Source of the DNA: Gemmatimonadota bacterium
Lineage (GTDB): Bacteria > Gemmatimonadota > Gemmatimonadetes > Gemmatimonadales > GWC2-71-9
Direction of reading: 5' to 3'
DNA: 54,599 nt
Assembly: GCA_003221995.1 (NCBI GenBank)
Contig: QHUR01000034.1
Span: 1-54,599, forward strand
Both the position numbers and the translations under genes were made by a program. This document shows, piece by piece, positions 10,213 through 23,536 of this stretch. How positions within the stretch are numbered: the stretch's first letter is position 1; the number at the start of each line of letters is the position of its first letter. The notes below the pieces were generated by a model, which saw only the letters and a list, made by a program, of their open reading frames with translations, ran no database searches and was not told where the DNA came from.

Positions 10213-10773
10213 GTGGAGGCCCTGTTCGGCGGCTCGTTCGACCCGGTGCACATCGGGCACCTCGTCGCGGCCGAGGCGGTGGCGGACGCGTTGGGCGCGA
10301 CGATCCGCTTCCTTCCGGCACGGGAACAACCCTTCAAGCGCGCGGCGCACGGCGCCACGGCCGAGCAACGGGCCGAGATGCTGGAGCTCGCGGTGGCCGG
10401 AAACTCCCGCTTCCGGGTGGAGCGCGTCGAGCTCGACCTGCCGACGCCCTCCTACACGGTGCGCACGCTGCGCGCCCTCGCGGCGCGGGAGCCGGGGAAC
10501 CGCTTCACGTTATTGTTGGGAGCCGACGCGGCCGGGGAGCTGTCGGGCTGGCACGAGGTGGAGGCGCTGCCGGGGCTCGCCGACCTGGTCGTGTTCGCCC
10601 GGGCGGGGGTGGCCATACCCCACCACCCCTTGATCGGCCGGGTCGTCGACGTACCGGCGGTCGACGTGTCGGCGACGCTCGTGCGGGAGCGGGTGCGACT
10701 GGGACGCTCGATTCGCTATCTCGTGCCCGAAGCGGTGCGCGGCTACATCACCGCCCACGGGCTGTATCGTTAG
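10213..10773 (+). CDS. nadD: Nicotinate-nucleotide adenylyltransferase
   Basis: The product carries 'GGSFDPVHIGHL' (the (H/T)xGH nucleotidyltransferase motif) and the C-terminal 'IRYLVPEAVRGYITAHGLY'. Confidence 0.8.
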   Translation: MEALFGGSFDPVHIGHLVAAEAVADALGATIRFLPAREQPFKRAAHGATAEQRAEMLELAVAGNSRFRVERVELDLPTPSYTVRTLRALAAREPGNRFTLLLGADAAGELSGWHEVEALPGLADLVVFARAGVAIPHHPLIGRVVDVPAVDVSATLVRERVRLGRSIRYLVPEAVRGYITAHGLYR

Positions 10774-10780
10774 GAGTCTG

Positions 10781-14059
<3,279 letters not shown>

Positions 14060-14122
14060 ACGACCGGCTCGCTGGCACGTGCGCTCGTCTCAGAGGCGGC
14101 TGAAGCCATCCCGGAGGCCCTT

Positions 14123-14512
14123 ATGGAGTATTTGTTCTTAGCCGGTCGTGTTCTCTACGGTGGGTTCTTCCTGTTTGCTGGAATCGACCATTTTCGTCGC
14201 GTGGAAATGATGACGCCCTATGCACGAGCTAAAGGGATTCCGGCTCCGCGCCTGAGCGTACTCGGCTCCGGCTCGCTCATCGTCCTCGGCGGGCTGAGCG
14301 TTCTCTTGGGAGTCCGCCCCACGTGGGGAGTCCTGCTGCTGACACTGTTTCTCTTGCCGACCTCGTTCCTCATGCACAACTACTGGGCGGTCACCGATCC
14401 GTCAGCCCGCCAACTGGATCTGACGAACTTTAAGAAGAACATCGCGCTCCTTGGTGCAGGTTGGATGTTGCTGCTCATCCCGCAGCCGTGGCCGTGGAGC
14501 CTCCCGTGGTAA
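14123..14512 (+). CDS. DoxX-family small integral membrane protein
   Basis: The 129-aa product has about four hydrophobic segments and 'YGGFFLFAGIDHF' typical of DoxX. The gene is visibly less GC-rich than its neighbours. Confidence 0.6.
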   Translation: MEYLFLAGRVLYGGFFLFAGIDHFRRVEMMTPYARAKGIPAPRLSVLGSGSLIVLGGLSVLLGVRPTWGVLLLTLFLLPTSFLMHNYWAVTDPSARQLDLTNFKKNIALLGAGWMLLLIPQPWPWSLPW

Positions 14513-14556
14513 GGACGGAGACGCCCGGCTCAAGCGCCGCGCCCTCATGACGGATC

Positions 14557-15126
14557 GTGCACCCGGAGCTGGAAGAGTACCTTCGCCAACTCGACGCGAT
14601 CAGAGCTGACGCGCGCCAGCTCGTCGCGGGAGCGTCGGATGCCGAGTTCAACCGGCGCCCCGCCCCCGGGTCCTGGTCCGCCGCGGAGTGTCTGGACCAC
14701 CTGAACACCGTCCGGAAAATCCTGCCAGCGATCGACCGCGCCATCACGAGCGCCGCAGCCCGCGGGCTGCGCAGCGACGGGCCCTTCCGCTACGGTTGGT
14801 TCGCCCGCTGGATGATCCGCTCGTTCGAGCCGCCGCCCCGGCGCCGCTTCCGGAACCCGAGACTCCTCGAGCCGGCGCACGAGCCCCTGAGCCCGGACGC
14901 CGTGCTGCGGGAGTTCCTGTCACTGCGCGACGCGCTGACGAGGCGCGTCTGGCAGGCCGATGGGCTCGACCTGGAGCGTGCCATCGTGGTCTCACCCGTG
15001 AGCCGCTTCTTCCGCATGCCGCTGGGCGGCTACTTCGCGTTCTTGCTCGCCCACGACCGCCGGCATCTGTGGCAGGCGCGTCACGCGCTCGGCGCCGCCT
15101 CCGCCCACGGGCGACCGACGGTGTAG
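14557..15126 (+). CDS. DinB-superfamily (four-helix-bundle, metal-binding) protein
   Basis: 'GSWSAAECLDHL' near the N-terminus and the C-terminal 'FLLAHDRRHLWQA' give the His-containing DinB_2-like pattern. Confidence 0.6.
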   Translation: MHPELEEYLRQLDAIRADARQLVAGASDAEFNRRPAPGSWSAAECLDHLNTVRKILPAIDRAITSAAARGLRSDGPFRYGWFARWMIRSFEPPPRRRFRNPRLLEPAHEPLSPDAVLREFLSLRDALTRRVWQADGLDLERAIVVSPVSRFFRMPLGGYFAFLLAHDRRHLWQARHALGAASAHGRPTV

Positions 15127-15167
15127 GGTCGGGGGTCGGAGGAAACGGCCGGGGAAGCGGGAAGGGT

Positions 15168-15200
15168 GGGGCGCGGCAAGGTGCGCCCCTGCGTCATTTT
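15168..15200 (+). terminator. Possible weak intrinsic terminator after the DinB-family gene
   Basis: A 7-bp GC stem (GGGGCGC 15168-15174 / GCGCCCC 15183-15189) closes an 8-nt loop. A TTTT run follows only 7 nt downstream, so this is not canonical. Confidence 0.25.
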
Positions 15201-15240
15201 CGGGTACGTCCATTCCCTGGCCTGCCCCTAGGTTGGCCCC

Positions 15241-15924
15241 ATGGCACTCCGTCTCGCCGAGCACGCCGAACAAGACCGCCCCAGGGAACGTTTGTGGGCC
15301 GTGGGCCCCGCCGCGTTGACGGCGCAGGAGCTGTTGGCGATTGTCTTAGGGACGGGGTGCGCGGGACGGGACGCGCTCACCGTGGCGGGCGAGCTGCTCG
15401 CGCGGGTGGAAGGCTCCCTGCGCCGCCTCGGCGGGCGTCCCTCGGCGGAGTTGGCGCGGGTTCCTGGGGTGGGACGCAGCAAGGCCGCGCGCGTGGTGGC
15501 GGCGCTGGAGCTGGGACGTCGGGTGGGGGCCGAAACGGAGCCCCCGCCGGAGCGGATCCGCGGACCCACGGACGTGCAGCGCTTCTACGCTGCCAGGCTG
15601 CGCGACCTCGCGGTCGAGGAGTTCCACGTGCTGGCGCTCGGGAGCCAGAGCCAGATCCTGGGCGACCTCCTCATTACGCGGGGGATCCTCAACAGCTCCC
15701 TGGTGCATCCGCGCGAGGTGTTCCGCGCGGCGATCGCGGAGGCGGCCGCGGGCATCATCGTCGTGCACAACCATCCGAGCGGCGACCCGACGCCGTCGGC
15801 CGACGACCGCGCGGTGACGCGGCAGCTGGTGGAGGCGGGGCGGGTGCTGGATCTCCCGGTGTACGACCACGTGATCGTGGGGGGTGATCGCTACGTGAGC
15901 CTGGCCGAGGCAGGGCTGTTGTGA
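15241..15924 (+). CDS. radC: RadC-family JAB/MPN-domain protein
   Basis: The product carries '[10 protein letters not shown]', an HhH-like '[24 protein letters not shown]' and the JAMM motif '[15 protein letters not shown]'. Confidence 0.85.
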   Translation: MALRLAEHAEQDRPRERLWAVGPAALTAQELLAIVLGTGCAGRDALTVAGELLARVEGSLRRLGGRPSAELARVPGVGRSKAARVVAALELGRRVGAETEPPPERIRGPTDVQRFYAARLRDLAVEEFHVLALGSQSQILGDLLITRGILNSSLVHPREVFRAAIAEAAAGIIVVHNHPSGDPTPSADDRAVTRQLVEAGRVLDLPVYDHVIVGGDRYVSLAEAGLL

Positions 15925-18101
15925 CGAGCACCGTGCCGATCCTGGCGCCGGAGCTGGCCCGGGCCGTCGCGGCCCAGCGGGACCGCCTCGACCTCGACCT
16001 CCTCGCGCGCGCCTATCGCATGAGCGCTCAGGCGCACCGCGGCCAGAAGCGGCAGTCGGGGGACGACTTCGTCTCGCACAGCGTGGCCGTGGCCACGATT
16101 CTCGCCGAGCAGCAGATGGACACCACGACGATCGCGGCGGCGCTGCTGCACGACGTGGTGGAGGACTCGAACGTCTCGGTCGAAGACATCCGTCGCGACT
16201 TCGGGCCGGAGGTAGCGGGCCTCGTGGACGGGCTCACGAAGCTCTCGACCCTCACGTTCCGGTCCAGCGCCGAGGAGCAGGCCGAGAACTACCGCAAGCT
16301 GCTCGTTTCGGTCGCGAAGGACGCGCGCGTCATCATCATCAAGCTCGCGGACCGGCTCCACAACATGCGGACACTCGAGCACCTGGACGACGAAAAGCAG
16401 CGGCGCATCGCGCTCGAGACACGGGAAATCTACGCCCCGCTGGCGCACCGCTTCGGGATGGCGGGCGTCAAGGCGGAGCTGGAGGACCTGGCGCTGAAGT
16501 TCCTGGAGCCGGCGGAATACCGCGGGCTTGCGCGCCAGGTGCGGGCCAAGAAGGCGGAGCGCGAGCGCACGATCGAGCGGCTGCGCGCCCCGTTGGCCGA
16601 GGAGCTCGAGCGTGCCGGGCTGCACGACTGCGAGATCACCGGCCGGCCCAAGAACCTGTGGTCCATCTACAAGAAGATGAAGCAGCGCGGCAAGCCGTTC
16701 GAGGAGATCTACGACCTCCTCGCCGTCCGCGTGCTCGTGAACACGATTCCCGAGTGCTACCACGTGCTCGGGATCATCCACCACAAGTGGACGCCGCTCC
16801 AGGAGCGCATCAAGGACTACATTGCGAGCCCCAAGTCGAACGGCTACCAGTCGCTCCACACGACCGTGTTCGGCCCGGCCGGCCAGCTGTACGAGATCCA
16901 GATCCGCACCCGCGAGATGCACCACACGGCCGAGTACGGCATCGCGGCGCACTGGCTCTTCAAGGAGGGCAAGAGCCCCGACGAGCTCGACCGCCATCTC
17001 GCCTGGTTCCGCCAACTGCTCGAGCTGCAGCAGGACACCCACACGGCCGAGGAATTCCTCGAGTTCCTGAAGATCGACCTGTACCAGGACGAGATCTTCG
17101 TGTTCACGCCGCGGGGCGACGTGAAGCGGCTGCCCAAAGGCGCGACCGCGATCGATTTTGCGTTCGCGGTGCACACCGAGGTGGGGCTGCGCTGTCACGG
17201 AGCGCGCCTCAACGGCCGCATCGCCCCGTTGCACCGGCCGCTCAAGAACGGCGACACGGTGGAGATTCTCACGAGCCCGCAGGCGAAGCCCTCGCGCGAC
17301 TGGCTCGCCCACGTGCACACGGCACGCGCCCGCCACAAGATCCGCCAGTGGGTGAAGCAGGAGGAGCACGAGCGCAGCCTCGAGCTGGGCCGCGAGATCC
17401 TGGAGCGCGAGGTGCGGCGGCGGCGACTCGCGCCCCCCGACGACGCGCGCCTCGCCGGCGGAGCCGCGACCTTGTCCGTGGGGACCGGCCAGCAGCTCCT
17501 GGCCGCGCTGGGGCGGGGCGACATCCCCGTTGGGCAGATCATGCGGGCGCTGTACCCCGACCTGCCCGCGGAGGACCTGCAGTCTCCCAAGCCCACCGCG
17601 TTCGGGCGCGTCATGGAGCGTCTGCGGCTCGGCCGCGGGATCAAGATCCAGGGCGTGGACGGGCTGATGGTCCGCTACGCGCAATGTTGCCAGCCCGTGC
17701 CCGGCGACAGCGTCGTGGGCTACGTCACCCAGGGGCGCGGCATCTCGATCCATCGCAACGATTGTCCCAACCTGCTGACGCTCTCGGCCGAGGCGGAGCG
17801 GCGGGTAGAGATCGATTGGCAGGAGTCCGAGGGAGAGACGTTCGTCGTGCGGCTCGCCGTGAGCGGGGAGGACCGGCGCGGACTGTACGCGGACATCTGC
17901 GAGGCGATCAGCGAGTCGGGGACCAACATCCGGAGTGCCGAGCTCTCGACCAGGGACGGCGCGGTGTTCGGCGGCATCCTCGTCGAGGTCGAGAACCAGA
18001 GCCACCTGAACAAGGTCATCCGGGCGATGCGGCGCGTGAAGGGCGTCACCGAGGTCTCGCGCCGCGACTCCGGCCCCCAAACGGCCGTCTCCCTCGGTTA
18101 A
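15921..18101 (+). CDS. relA: Bifunctional (p)ppGpp synthetase/hydrolase (RelA/SpoT homologue)
   Basis: The 726-aa product has an HD domain ('[19 protein letters not shown]', 'LLHDVVED'), a synthetase region ('[10 protein letters not shown]', '[16 protein letters not shown]'), a TGS region ('[25 protein letters not shown]') and a C-terminal ACT-like region. Confidence 0.9.
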   Translation: MTSTVPILAPELARAVAAQRDRLDLDLLARAYRMSAQAHRGQKRQSGDDFVSHSVAVATILAEQQMDTTTIAAALLHDVVEDSNVSVEDIRRDFGPEVAGLVDGLTKLSTLTFRSSAEEQAENYRKLLVSVAKDARVIIIKLADRLHNMRTLEHLDDEKQRRIALETREIYAPLAHRFGMAGVKAELEDLALKFLEPAEYRGLARQVRAKKAERERTIERLRAPLAEELERAGLHDCEITGRPKNLWSIYKKMKQRGKPFEEIYDLLAVRVLVNTIPECYHVLGIIHHKWTPLQERIKDYIASPKSNGYQSLHTTVFGPAGQLYEIQIRTREMHHTAEYGIAAHWLFKEGKSPDELDRHLAWFRQLLELQQDTHTAEEFLEFLKIDLYQDEIFVFTPRGDVKRLPKGATAIDFAFAVHTEVGLRCHGARLNGRIAPLHRPLKNGDTVEILTSPQAKPSRDWLAHVHTARARHKIRQWVKQEEHERSLELGREILEREVRRRRLAPPDDARLAGGAATLSVGTGQQLLAALGRGDIPVGQIMRALYPDLPAEDLQSPKPTAFGRVMERLRLGRGIKIQGVDGLMVRYAQCCQPVPGDSVVGYVTQGRGISIHRNDCPNLLTLSAEAERRVEIDWQESEGETFVVRLAVSGEDRRGLYADICEAISESGTNIRSAELSTRDGAVFGGILVEVENQSHLNKVIRAMRRVKGVTEVSRRDSGPQTAVSLG

Positions 18102-18112
18102 GTTTCCCCCGC

Positions 18113-20137
18113 ATGCCTTTCGAGCTCGTGTCCCCGTTCGCGCCGGCGGGAGACCAGCCGCGCGCCATCCGCGAGCTCACCACGGGCCTGGCCCGCGGTG
18201 AGCGCTACCAGACCCTCCTGGGCGTGACAGGCTCGGGGAAGACGATGACGATGGCGCACGTGGTCGCGAGCTTCGGGCGCCCGACCCTCGTACTGTCGCA
18301 CAACAAGACGCTCGCGGCCCAGCTGTACGGCGAGCTGAAGGGGTTCTTCCCCAAGAACGCCGTCGAGTTCTTCATCTCCTACTACGACTACTACCAGCCC
18401 GAGGCGTACGTCCCGCAGACCGACACCTACATCGCCAAGGACTCCTCCATCAACGACGACATCGACCGGCTGCGCCTGCGGGCCACGTCGAGCCTGATGG
18501 AGCGGGACGACGTCGTCATCGTGGCGAGCGTTTCGGCCATCTACGGCCTGGGCGATCCCGAGCTGTACCGCGAGCTGCTCGTGACCGCCGCGGTCGGTGA
18601 GCAGCGCGGGCGCGATGCGCTGCTGGAAGAGCTCGTCGCCGTGCAGTACCGGCGCAACGACGTCGCCTTCGAGCGCGGCACCTTCCGCGTGCGTGGCGAC
18701 ACGGTCGAGGTCCATCCGGCCTACGACGAGCAGGCGGTGCGCATCGAGTTCTGGGGCGACACGGTGGAGCGGATCGCCAAGATCGACCCCCTCACAGGGG
18801 ACACGATCGTGGAGCTCGCGCGCTGCGCCATCTACCCGGCCACACACTTCGTGACCGAGCGTCCCTCCATCGAGCGGGCCGTGCAGTCGATCCGCGCGGA
18901 GCTGAAGCAGCGCCTCGCCGAGCTGCGGGCGCAGAACAAGCTGCTCGAGGCGCAGCGGCTCGAGTCCCGCACGAACTTCGACATCGACATGCTGCTGGAG
19001 GTGGGCCGCTGCACCGGAATCGAGAACTACTCGCGACACCTGACGGGGCGGCAGCCGGGCGAGCGGCCCGCCTGCCTGCTCGACTACTTCCCGAAGGACT
19101 ATCTCTGCCTCATCGACGAGTCGCACCAGACCCTGCCGCAGCTCGCGGGTATGTACGAGGGCGACCGCTCCCGCAAGCAGACGCTCGTCGACTACGGCTT
19201 CCGGCTCCCCTCGGCGCTCGACAACCGCCCGCTGCGCATCGACGAGTTCATGGCCCTGGTGCCGCGCATCCTGTACGTGTCCGCCACGCCGGGGGAGGAG
19301 GAGCTGCGCCTCTCGGGCGGCGTGGTGGTGGAACAGATCATCCGCCCCACCGGCCTCGTGGACCCGGAGGTGGATGTGCGGCCGGTGCGGGGCCAGGTGG
19401 ACGACCTGCTGCACGAGATTCGGCTGCGGGAACAGCGCCACGAGCGCGTCCTGGTCACGACCCTGACCAAGCGCATGGCGGAGGACCTGACCGACTACCT
19501 CCAGCAGCACGGCGTGCGGGTGCGCTACCTGCACTCTGAGATCGACGCCATCGAGCGCGTCGAGATCATCCGCGGCCTGCGGCTCGGCGAGTTCGACGTG
19601 CTGGTCGGGATCAACCTGCTGCGCGAGGGGCTCGACCTGCCCGAGGTCTCGCTCGTCGCGGTGCTCGACGCGGACCAGGAGGGATTCCTCCGCTCCGACC
19701 GCTCCCTGATCCAGACGGTGGGGCGCGCCGCCCGCAACCTCAGCGGCAGGGCCATCCTCTACGCCGACCGGGCCACGGGGTCGATGCAGCGGGCCCTCGA
19801 GGAGATGACGCGGCGGCGGAAGCTGCAGCAGGAGCACAACGAGCGGCACGGCATCACGCCGCGCTCGATCGTGAAGTCCGTCGACCAGGTGCGCTTCGCC
19901 ACCCGCGTGGCCGACGCGAAGACGACGAAGGCGGCAGCCCCCGCGCTGCACCGCCCCGCCGACGCGCAGGAGCGGGAGGCCCTCGTCCGCCTGCTCGAGC
20001 AGCAGATGCAGGCGGCGGCGGAGGAGCTCGACTTCGAGCTGGCGGCGGTGTTGCGCGATCAGATTCTCGAGCTCAAGGCCCAGGGGGACCCGGTCCGCCA
20101 TGCGGTGCCGCGAGGACGAGCTCAACCGGTTCGGTGA
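18113..20137 (+). CDS. uvrB: Excinuclease ABC subunit B
   Basis: An internal ATG at 18113 begins the gene. The product has Walker A '[14 protein letters not shown]', '[18 protein letters not shown]' and the C-terminal UVR domain '[18 protein letters not shown]'. Confidence 0.95.
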   Translation: MPFELVSPFAPAGDQPRAIRELTTGLARGERYQTLLGVTGSGKTMTMAHVVASFGRPTLVLSHNKTLAAQLYGELKGFFPKNAVEFFISYYDYYQPEAYVPQTDTYIAKDSSINDDIDRLRLRATSSLMERDDVVIVASVSAIYGLGDPELYRELLVTAAVGEQRGRDALLEELVAVQYRRNDVAFERGTFRVRGDTVEVHPAYDEQAVRIEFWGDTVERIAKIDPLTGDTIVELARCAIYPATHFVTERPSIERAVQSIRAELKQRLAELRAQNKLLEAQRLESRTNFDIDMLLEVGRCTGIENYSRHLTGRQPGERPACLLDYFPKDYLCLIDESHQTLPQLAGMYEGDRSRKQTLVDYGFRLPSALDNRPLRIDEFMALVPRILYVSATPGEEELRLSGGVVVEQIIRPTGLVDPEVDVRPVRGQVDDLLHEIRLREQRHERVLVTTLTKRMAEDLTDYLQQHGVRVRYLHSEIDAIERVEIIRGLRLGEFDVLVGINLLREGLDLPEVSLVAVLDADQEGFLRSDRSLIQTVGRAARNLSGRAILYADRATGSMQRALEEMTRRRKLQQEHNERHGITPRSIVKSVDQVRFATRVADAKTTKAAAPALHRPADAQEREALVRLLEQQMQAAAEELDFELAAVLRDQILELKAQGDPVRHAVPRGRAQPVR

Positions 20138-20507
20138 GGAGTTGGGACGCGCGCTGCGCGCCCCGGCCGTGATCGGGCTGTCGGGGGAGCTTGGCACCGG
20201 GAAGACGACGCTTGTCCAAGCGATCTGCCGCGGGCTCGGCGCGCGCGCGCTCGCCACCAGTCCGACCTACGCGCTGGTGCACCATTACGACGCCGCCGAC
20301 GCGGCGGTATATCACGTGGACTGCTATCGGCTCACGGTCCCCGACCAAGCCCGCGACCTCGGGTTCGACGACATGGTGCGTGAGGGCGCGATCGTCCTCA
20401 TCGAATGGCCGGAGCGCGCGGGCCCCTGGGCGCCGCCGCTCGATCGGCACTTCCAGTTGAGCTACGGCGAAGAGCCGGACGCGCGAGAGTTAGGGGAGAT
20501 TCGGTGA
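20100..20507 (+). CDS. tsaE: tRNA t6A37 biosynthesis ATPase TsaE
   Basis: The 135-aa product has P-loop '[11 protein letters not shown]' and '[10 protein letters not shown]...HVDCYRL'. It overlaps the uvrB 3' end by 38 nt. Confidence 0.8.
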   Translation: MRCREDELNRFGEELGRALRAPAVIGLSGELGTGKTTLVQAICRGLGARALATSPTYALVHHYDAADAAVYHVDCYRLTVPDQARDLGFDDMVREGAIVLIEWPERAGPWAPPLDRHFQLSYGEEPDARELGEIR

Positions 20508-20526
20508 CGCTGAGGCTCGCGGTCCA

Positions 20527-21291
20527 ATGGGTGGTGTGGGGGTGAGCGGCTACTGGCTCGCCATCGACACCGCCACCGACATCGCGAGCGTCGCGGTCGG
20601 CCGACGAGCGGGGGCGGGGCCCGTCCAGGCCGAGACCGGCGCCCACGCGCGGGGCGCGCGTCGCCACGCGACCGAGATCCTCCGGCTCGTCGATTTCGCG
20701 CTCGCGGGGCTCGGGATTCGGCCCGCCGAGCTCTCGGGCATCGTGCTCGGCGACGGACCCGGGAGCTTCACGGGATTGCGCATCGGCTGGGCGGCGGCGA
20801 AGGGGCTGGCACAGGAGGCCGGGCTCGACCTCGTGGCCGTCCCCTCGCTCATGGCGGCCGCGGGGGGAGCGGCCGTGAAGCTCGGCCCCGTGCCGATTGC
20901 GGCGTGTTTCGATGCCCTGCGCGGCCAGGTGTACGGCGCGATCTACGTGGTGCATCCGGGCCGCGTCGAAACCCTCGTCCCACCCGCCGTGCTGACCGTG
21001 CCGGAGCTCGCGCGCATCGCTCCGGTGCGCCCCCAGCTCGTCGTGGGGGACGGCGCAATGCTCTACGCCGACGTGGTGCGCGCGTGGTCCGGCGCGGATC
21101 CGGTCCCGCTCGCGGCGCTGCCGCCGGCCGCGAGCGCGATGCTCTCCCTGTTCACGCGGGAAGGGGCCACGCGCGTCATCGCGGATCCCGTCACCGCCGA
21201 GCCCGTCTATGGACGCCCTGCCGAAGCGCAGGTCAAGTGGGAGGCCCGTCACGGGCGCCCGCTACCGAATCCGTCCCGCCCGCGCGGCTGA
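20527..21291 (+). CDS. tsaB: tRNA t6A37 biosynthesis protein TsaB (inactive Kae1/TsaD paralogue)
   Basis: The product carries 'LAIDTATDIASVAV' and 'GPGSFTGLRIGWAAAKGLA'. The exact start is uncertain. Confidence 0.75.
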   Translation: MGGVGVSGYWLAIDTATDIASVAVGRRAGAGPVQAETGAHARGARRHATEILRLVDFALAGLGIRPAELSGIVLGDGPGSFTGLRIGWAAAKGLAQEAGLDLVAVPSLMAAAGGAAVKLGPVPIAACFDALRGQVYGAIYVVHPGRVETLVPPAVLTVPELARIAPVRPQLVVGDGAMLYADVVRAWSGADPVPLAALPPAASAMLSLFTREGATRVIADPVTAEPVYGRPAEAQVKWEARHGRPLPNPSRPRG

Positions 21292-21712
21292 CATCGCCGC
21301 CGTCGCGGCGATCGAGCAGGAAGTCTTCGCCGACCCCTGGTCCGCGAACGACTTCCAAGAGTGCGTCGCCGGCGGCGTGCTGTTCTCGGTAGCGACGGCC
21401 CGCGCCGCGGTCGCGGGCTACGTCGTGGCGCACCACGCGGCGGACGAAGGAGAGATCCTGAACCTCGCCGTCACGCCGCTGCATCGCCGCCGGGGGCTCG
21501 GGCGCGCGCTGGTGCGGCACGTCCTCGGTCGGCTGGCGCGCCGGATGGTGAAGATCGTGTTCCTCGAGGCGCGGCAGTCGAACACCGCGGCGCGCCGGCT
21601 GTATGAGAGTCTCGGGTTCGTCGGCGTCGGCCGGCGGCCGGGGTATTATCGCCGACCGCTAGAGGATGCCGTCATCCTACGCGTAACTTTAGCCCAAGTG
21701 GCGTATCTTTGA
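21209..21712 (+). CDS. rimI: GNAT acetyltransferase, ribosomal-protein-alanine N-acetyltransferase RimI-like
   Basis: 'IAAIEQEVFADPWSANDFQE' and the acetyl-CoA motif 'RRRGLGRALV' are present, and the tsaE-tsaB-rimI order is the classic synteny. It overlaps tsaB by about 83 nt, so the start is uncertain. Confidence 0.7.
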   Translation: MDALPKRRSSGRPVTGARYRIRPARAADIAAVAAIEQEVFADPWSANDFQECVAGGVLFSVATARAAVAGYVVAHHAADEGEILNLAVTPLHRRRGLGRALVRHVLGRLARRMVKIVFLEARQSNTAARRLYESLGFVGVGRRPGYYRRPLEDAVILRVTLAQVAYL

Positions 21713-21741
21713 TTGACAGAATGACTTGCGCGTCATATACT
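21713..21741 (+). promoter_or_regulatory. Near-consensus sigma-70-type promoter for ssb
   Basis: TTGACA (21713-21718), a 17-nt spacer and TATACT (21736-21741) lie in an AT-richer gap. A GGGAGG Shine-Dalgarno at about 21777 precedes the GTG at 21789. Confidence 0.6.
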
Positions 21742-21788
21742 GTTCCTCGCCCTTGGTGCCCCACCCGCCATTCGTTTGGGAGGTCGTC

Positions 21789-22265
21789 GTGAGCCGGAGC
21801 CTCAATAAAGTCATGCTAATCGGGAACTTGGGCGCCGATCCCGAGGTGCGGAGCACTAACAACGGCGGCCGGGTGGCCAACCTGTCCCTTGCGACCAGCC
21901 GGCAGTGGACCGGAGCTGGGGGGGAGCGCCAGGAGAAGACCGAGTGGCACCGGGTCATCTGCTGGAACAACAAAGGCGCCCAGCTGGCCGATCTGGCCGA
22001 GAAGTACATGAAGAAGGGCGACAAGCTCTATGTCGAAGGCCGGGTCGAGTACCGCACCTGGGAAGACCGTGAGAAGCAGACGCGCTACGTCACCGAGATC
22101 ATCGCACGGGAAGTGATCCTGCTGTCGCCTCGTGGCAGCGGCGAAGCTGGAGCCGAGTTTGCGCGCCCGCGGGCCGCGGCCAAGGTCGCTCCCGAAGGCA
22201 AGCCGGAATCGCTCGACGCGTTCCCGGAGGCGCTTGATGAGGAGGACGACGATCTGCCGTTCTAA
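21789..22265 (+). CDS. ssb: Single-stranded DNA-binding protein
   Basis: The GTG at 21789 lies downstream of the promoter, whereas ORF 21726 would start inside the promoter. The product has the OB fold 'LNKVMLIGNLGADPEVR...TEWHRVICW' and the acidic tail ending 'DDDLPF'. Confidence 0.9.
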   Translation: MSRSLNKVMLIGNLGADPEVRSTNNGGRVANLSLATSRQWTGAGGERQEKTEWHRVICWNNKGAQLADLAEKYMKKGDKLYVEGRVEYRTWEDREKQTRYVTEIIAREVILLSPRGSGEAGAEFARPRAAAKVAPEGKPESLDAFPEALDEEDDDLPF

Positions 22266-23490
22266 CCGGGCAGTCCTGCTCGCCCTTGTTGCAGGGCTGC
22301 TCGGCGTGCCGGGGCTTGGGGCGCAGGACACGACCAGAGCCGCCGCCGACACTTCCCAGGCCCCGGCGGCCCCCGCGGGGCAGCTGCCTGAGAGCCACGT
22401 CGTGACGCAGGGTGAGACCCTCTGGTCGATCTCGCAGCTGTATTTCAGCGACCCCCTCCTCTGGCCCGAGATCTACCGGCTGAACACCGCGGTCGTGGAA
22501 GACCCCCACTGGATCTATCCGGGCGAAGTGTTGCACCTCGGGGCGCCGACGAGCGTCGCGCGAGTGTCGGCCGAGACGACGGCCGTGTCCGTCGGGCAGG
22601 CGGCCGCGGCCGACACGGTGCGGGCGCAGGGGGCGGACACGGCGGTGCGCGTCGATACGACCGTCGTCGATACGGCCCAGCTCGTCGAGGCGCCGCCGCC
22701 CCCGCCGGGCCCGACCGAGACGTACGAGACGATCTTCGACCGTGGGCGCTCCCGCACGGAGGAGGTGCAGGACATCCTCCGGGCCTATGCCAACCAGCCC
22801 TACCGGCCCTTGCGCCGCGGGGAGTTCTACGCGGCTGGGTTCCTGAGCGAGCGGGAACGGCTGCCCTGGGGCCTGGTGTTGGGCGCGACGGCGGTGCCGG
22901 CGGTCCCCCGCCTGACGCAGCATACGACCGCCACCGTGTTCGGGCAGATTGCCGTCCAACCGCCCCAGGGCGCGTCGTATCACGTGGGCGACTCGCTGCT
23001 CATCGCCCGGATCGACCGGGACCTCCCGTCCTGGGGCGACGTGGTGGTCCCTGTCGGCGTGGCCCGTGTGACGGACGTGCAGAAAAGTCAACTGCTCGGC
23101 GACGTGATCATGCAGTTCGGCCGGATCCATGACGGCAACCTGGCGATGCCGCTCGAGCCGTTCAAAGACGCGGGGGAGGTGCGGCCGGTGCCGGTGCGGA
23201 GAGGGCTCGAGGCCATCGTGATCTCGCAGCGGGATCTGCACGTGCTCACGAACGCTCAGCAGATTCTGTTCCTCGACAGGGGTCGCGCCGAGGGGGTGGT
23301 GCCGGGCGATCTGTTCGAGATCTATCGCCCCGCCTCGCGGGAGCTCGGGGGCGCCTCCGAGCAGCCGCTGATCGTGGTGGAGATCGTGCACACGCGGGAG
23401 CATTCCTGCTCCGGTCTCGTCCTCGGCATCACGCACCCCGGGGTGTTTCCGGGATCGCCCGCGCGCCTGATCCGGAAGATGCCCTCCTGA
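22237..23490 (+). CDS. Secreted LysM-domain protein
   Basis: An internal ATG gives the signal-like 'MRRTTICRSNRAVLLALVAGLLGVPGLGAQ'. The LysM motif is 'HVVTQGETLWSISQLYFSDPLLWPEIYRLNTAVVEDPHWIYPGEVLHL'. Confidence 0.65.
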   Translation: MRRTTICRSNRAVLLALVAGLLGVPGLGAQDTTRAAADTSQAPAAPAGQLPESHVVTQGETLWSISQLYFSDPLLWPEIYRLNTAVVEDPHWIYPGEVLHLGAPTSVARVSAETTAVSVGQAAAADTVRAQGADTAVRVDTTVVDTAQLVEAPPPPPGPTETYETIFDRGRSRTEEVQDILRAYANQPYRPLRRGEFYAAGFLSERERLPWGLVLGATAVPAVPRLTQHTTATVFGQIAVQPPQGASYHVGDSLLIARIDRDLPSWGDVVVPVGVARVTDVQKSQLLGDVIMQFGRIHDGNLAMPLEPFKDAGEVRPVPVRRGLEAIVISQRDLHVLTNAQQILFLDRGRAEGVVPGDLFEIYRPASRELGGASEQPLIVVEIVHTREHSCSGLVLGITHPGVFPGSPARLIRKMPS

Positions 23491-23536
23491 GCGCCCGCCG
23501 GACCCGCCGCGGCGGCTCCGGCGTCTCCTGCGGACA

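Noticed and set aside
15891-20257. Very long minus-strand ORFs (15891..18080, 729 aa; 18098..20257, 719 aa) lie antisense to relA/spoT and uvrB.
   Set aside because: Their translations are Arg/Gly/Pro/Ala/His-rich with no recognisable motifs. The + strand encodes unmistakable RelA/SpoT and UvrB. These are typical stop-poor shadow frames in high-GC DNA.
21721-21736. I considered whether the ATGAC-N6-GTCAT palindrome in the ssb promoter could be called a LexA/SOS box.
   Set aside because: It has only 5-bp arms and does not match any LexA consensus I know (CTGT-N8-ACAG, GAAC-N4-GTTC and others). I saw no second copy upstream of uvrB in this window. It is reported only as a possibility inside the promoter finding.
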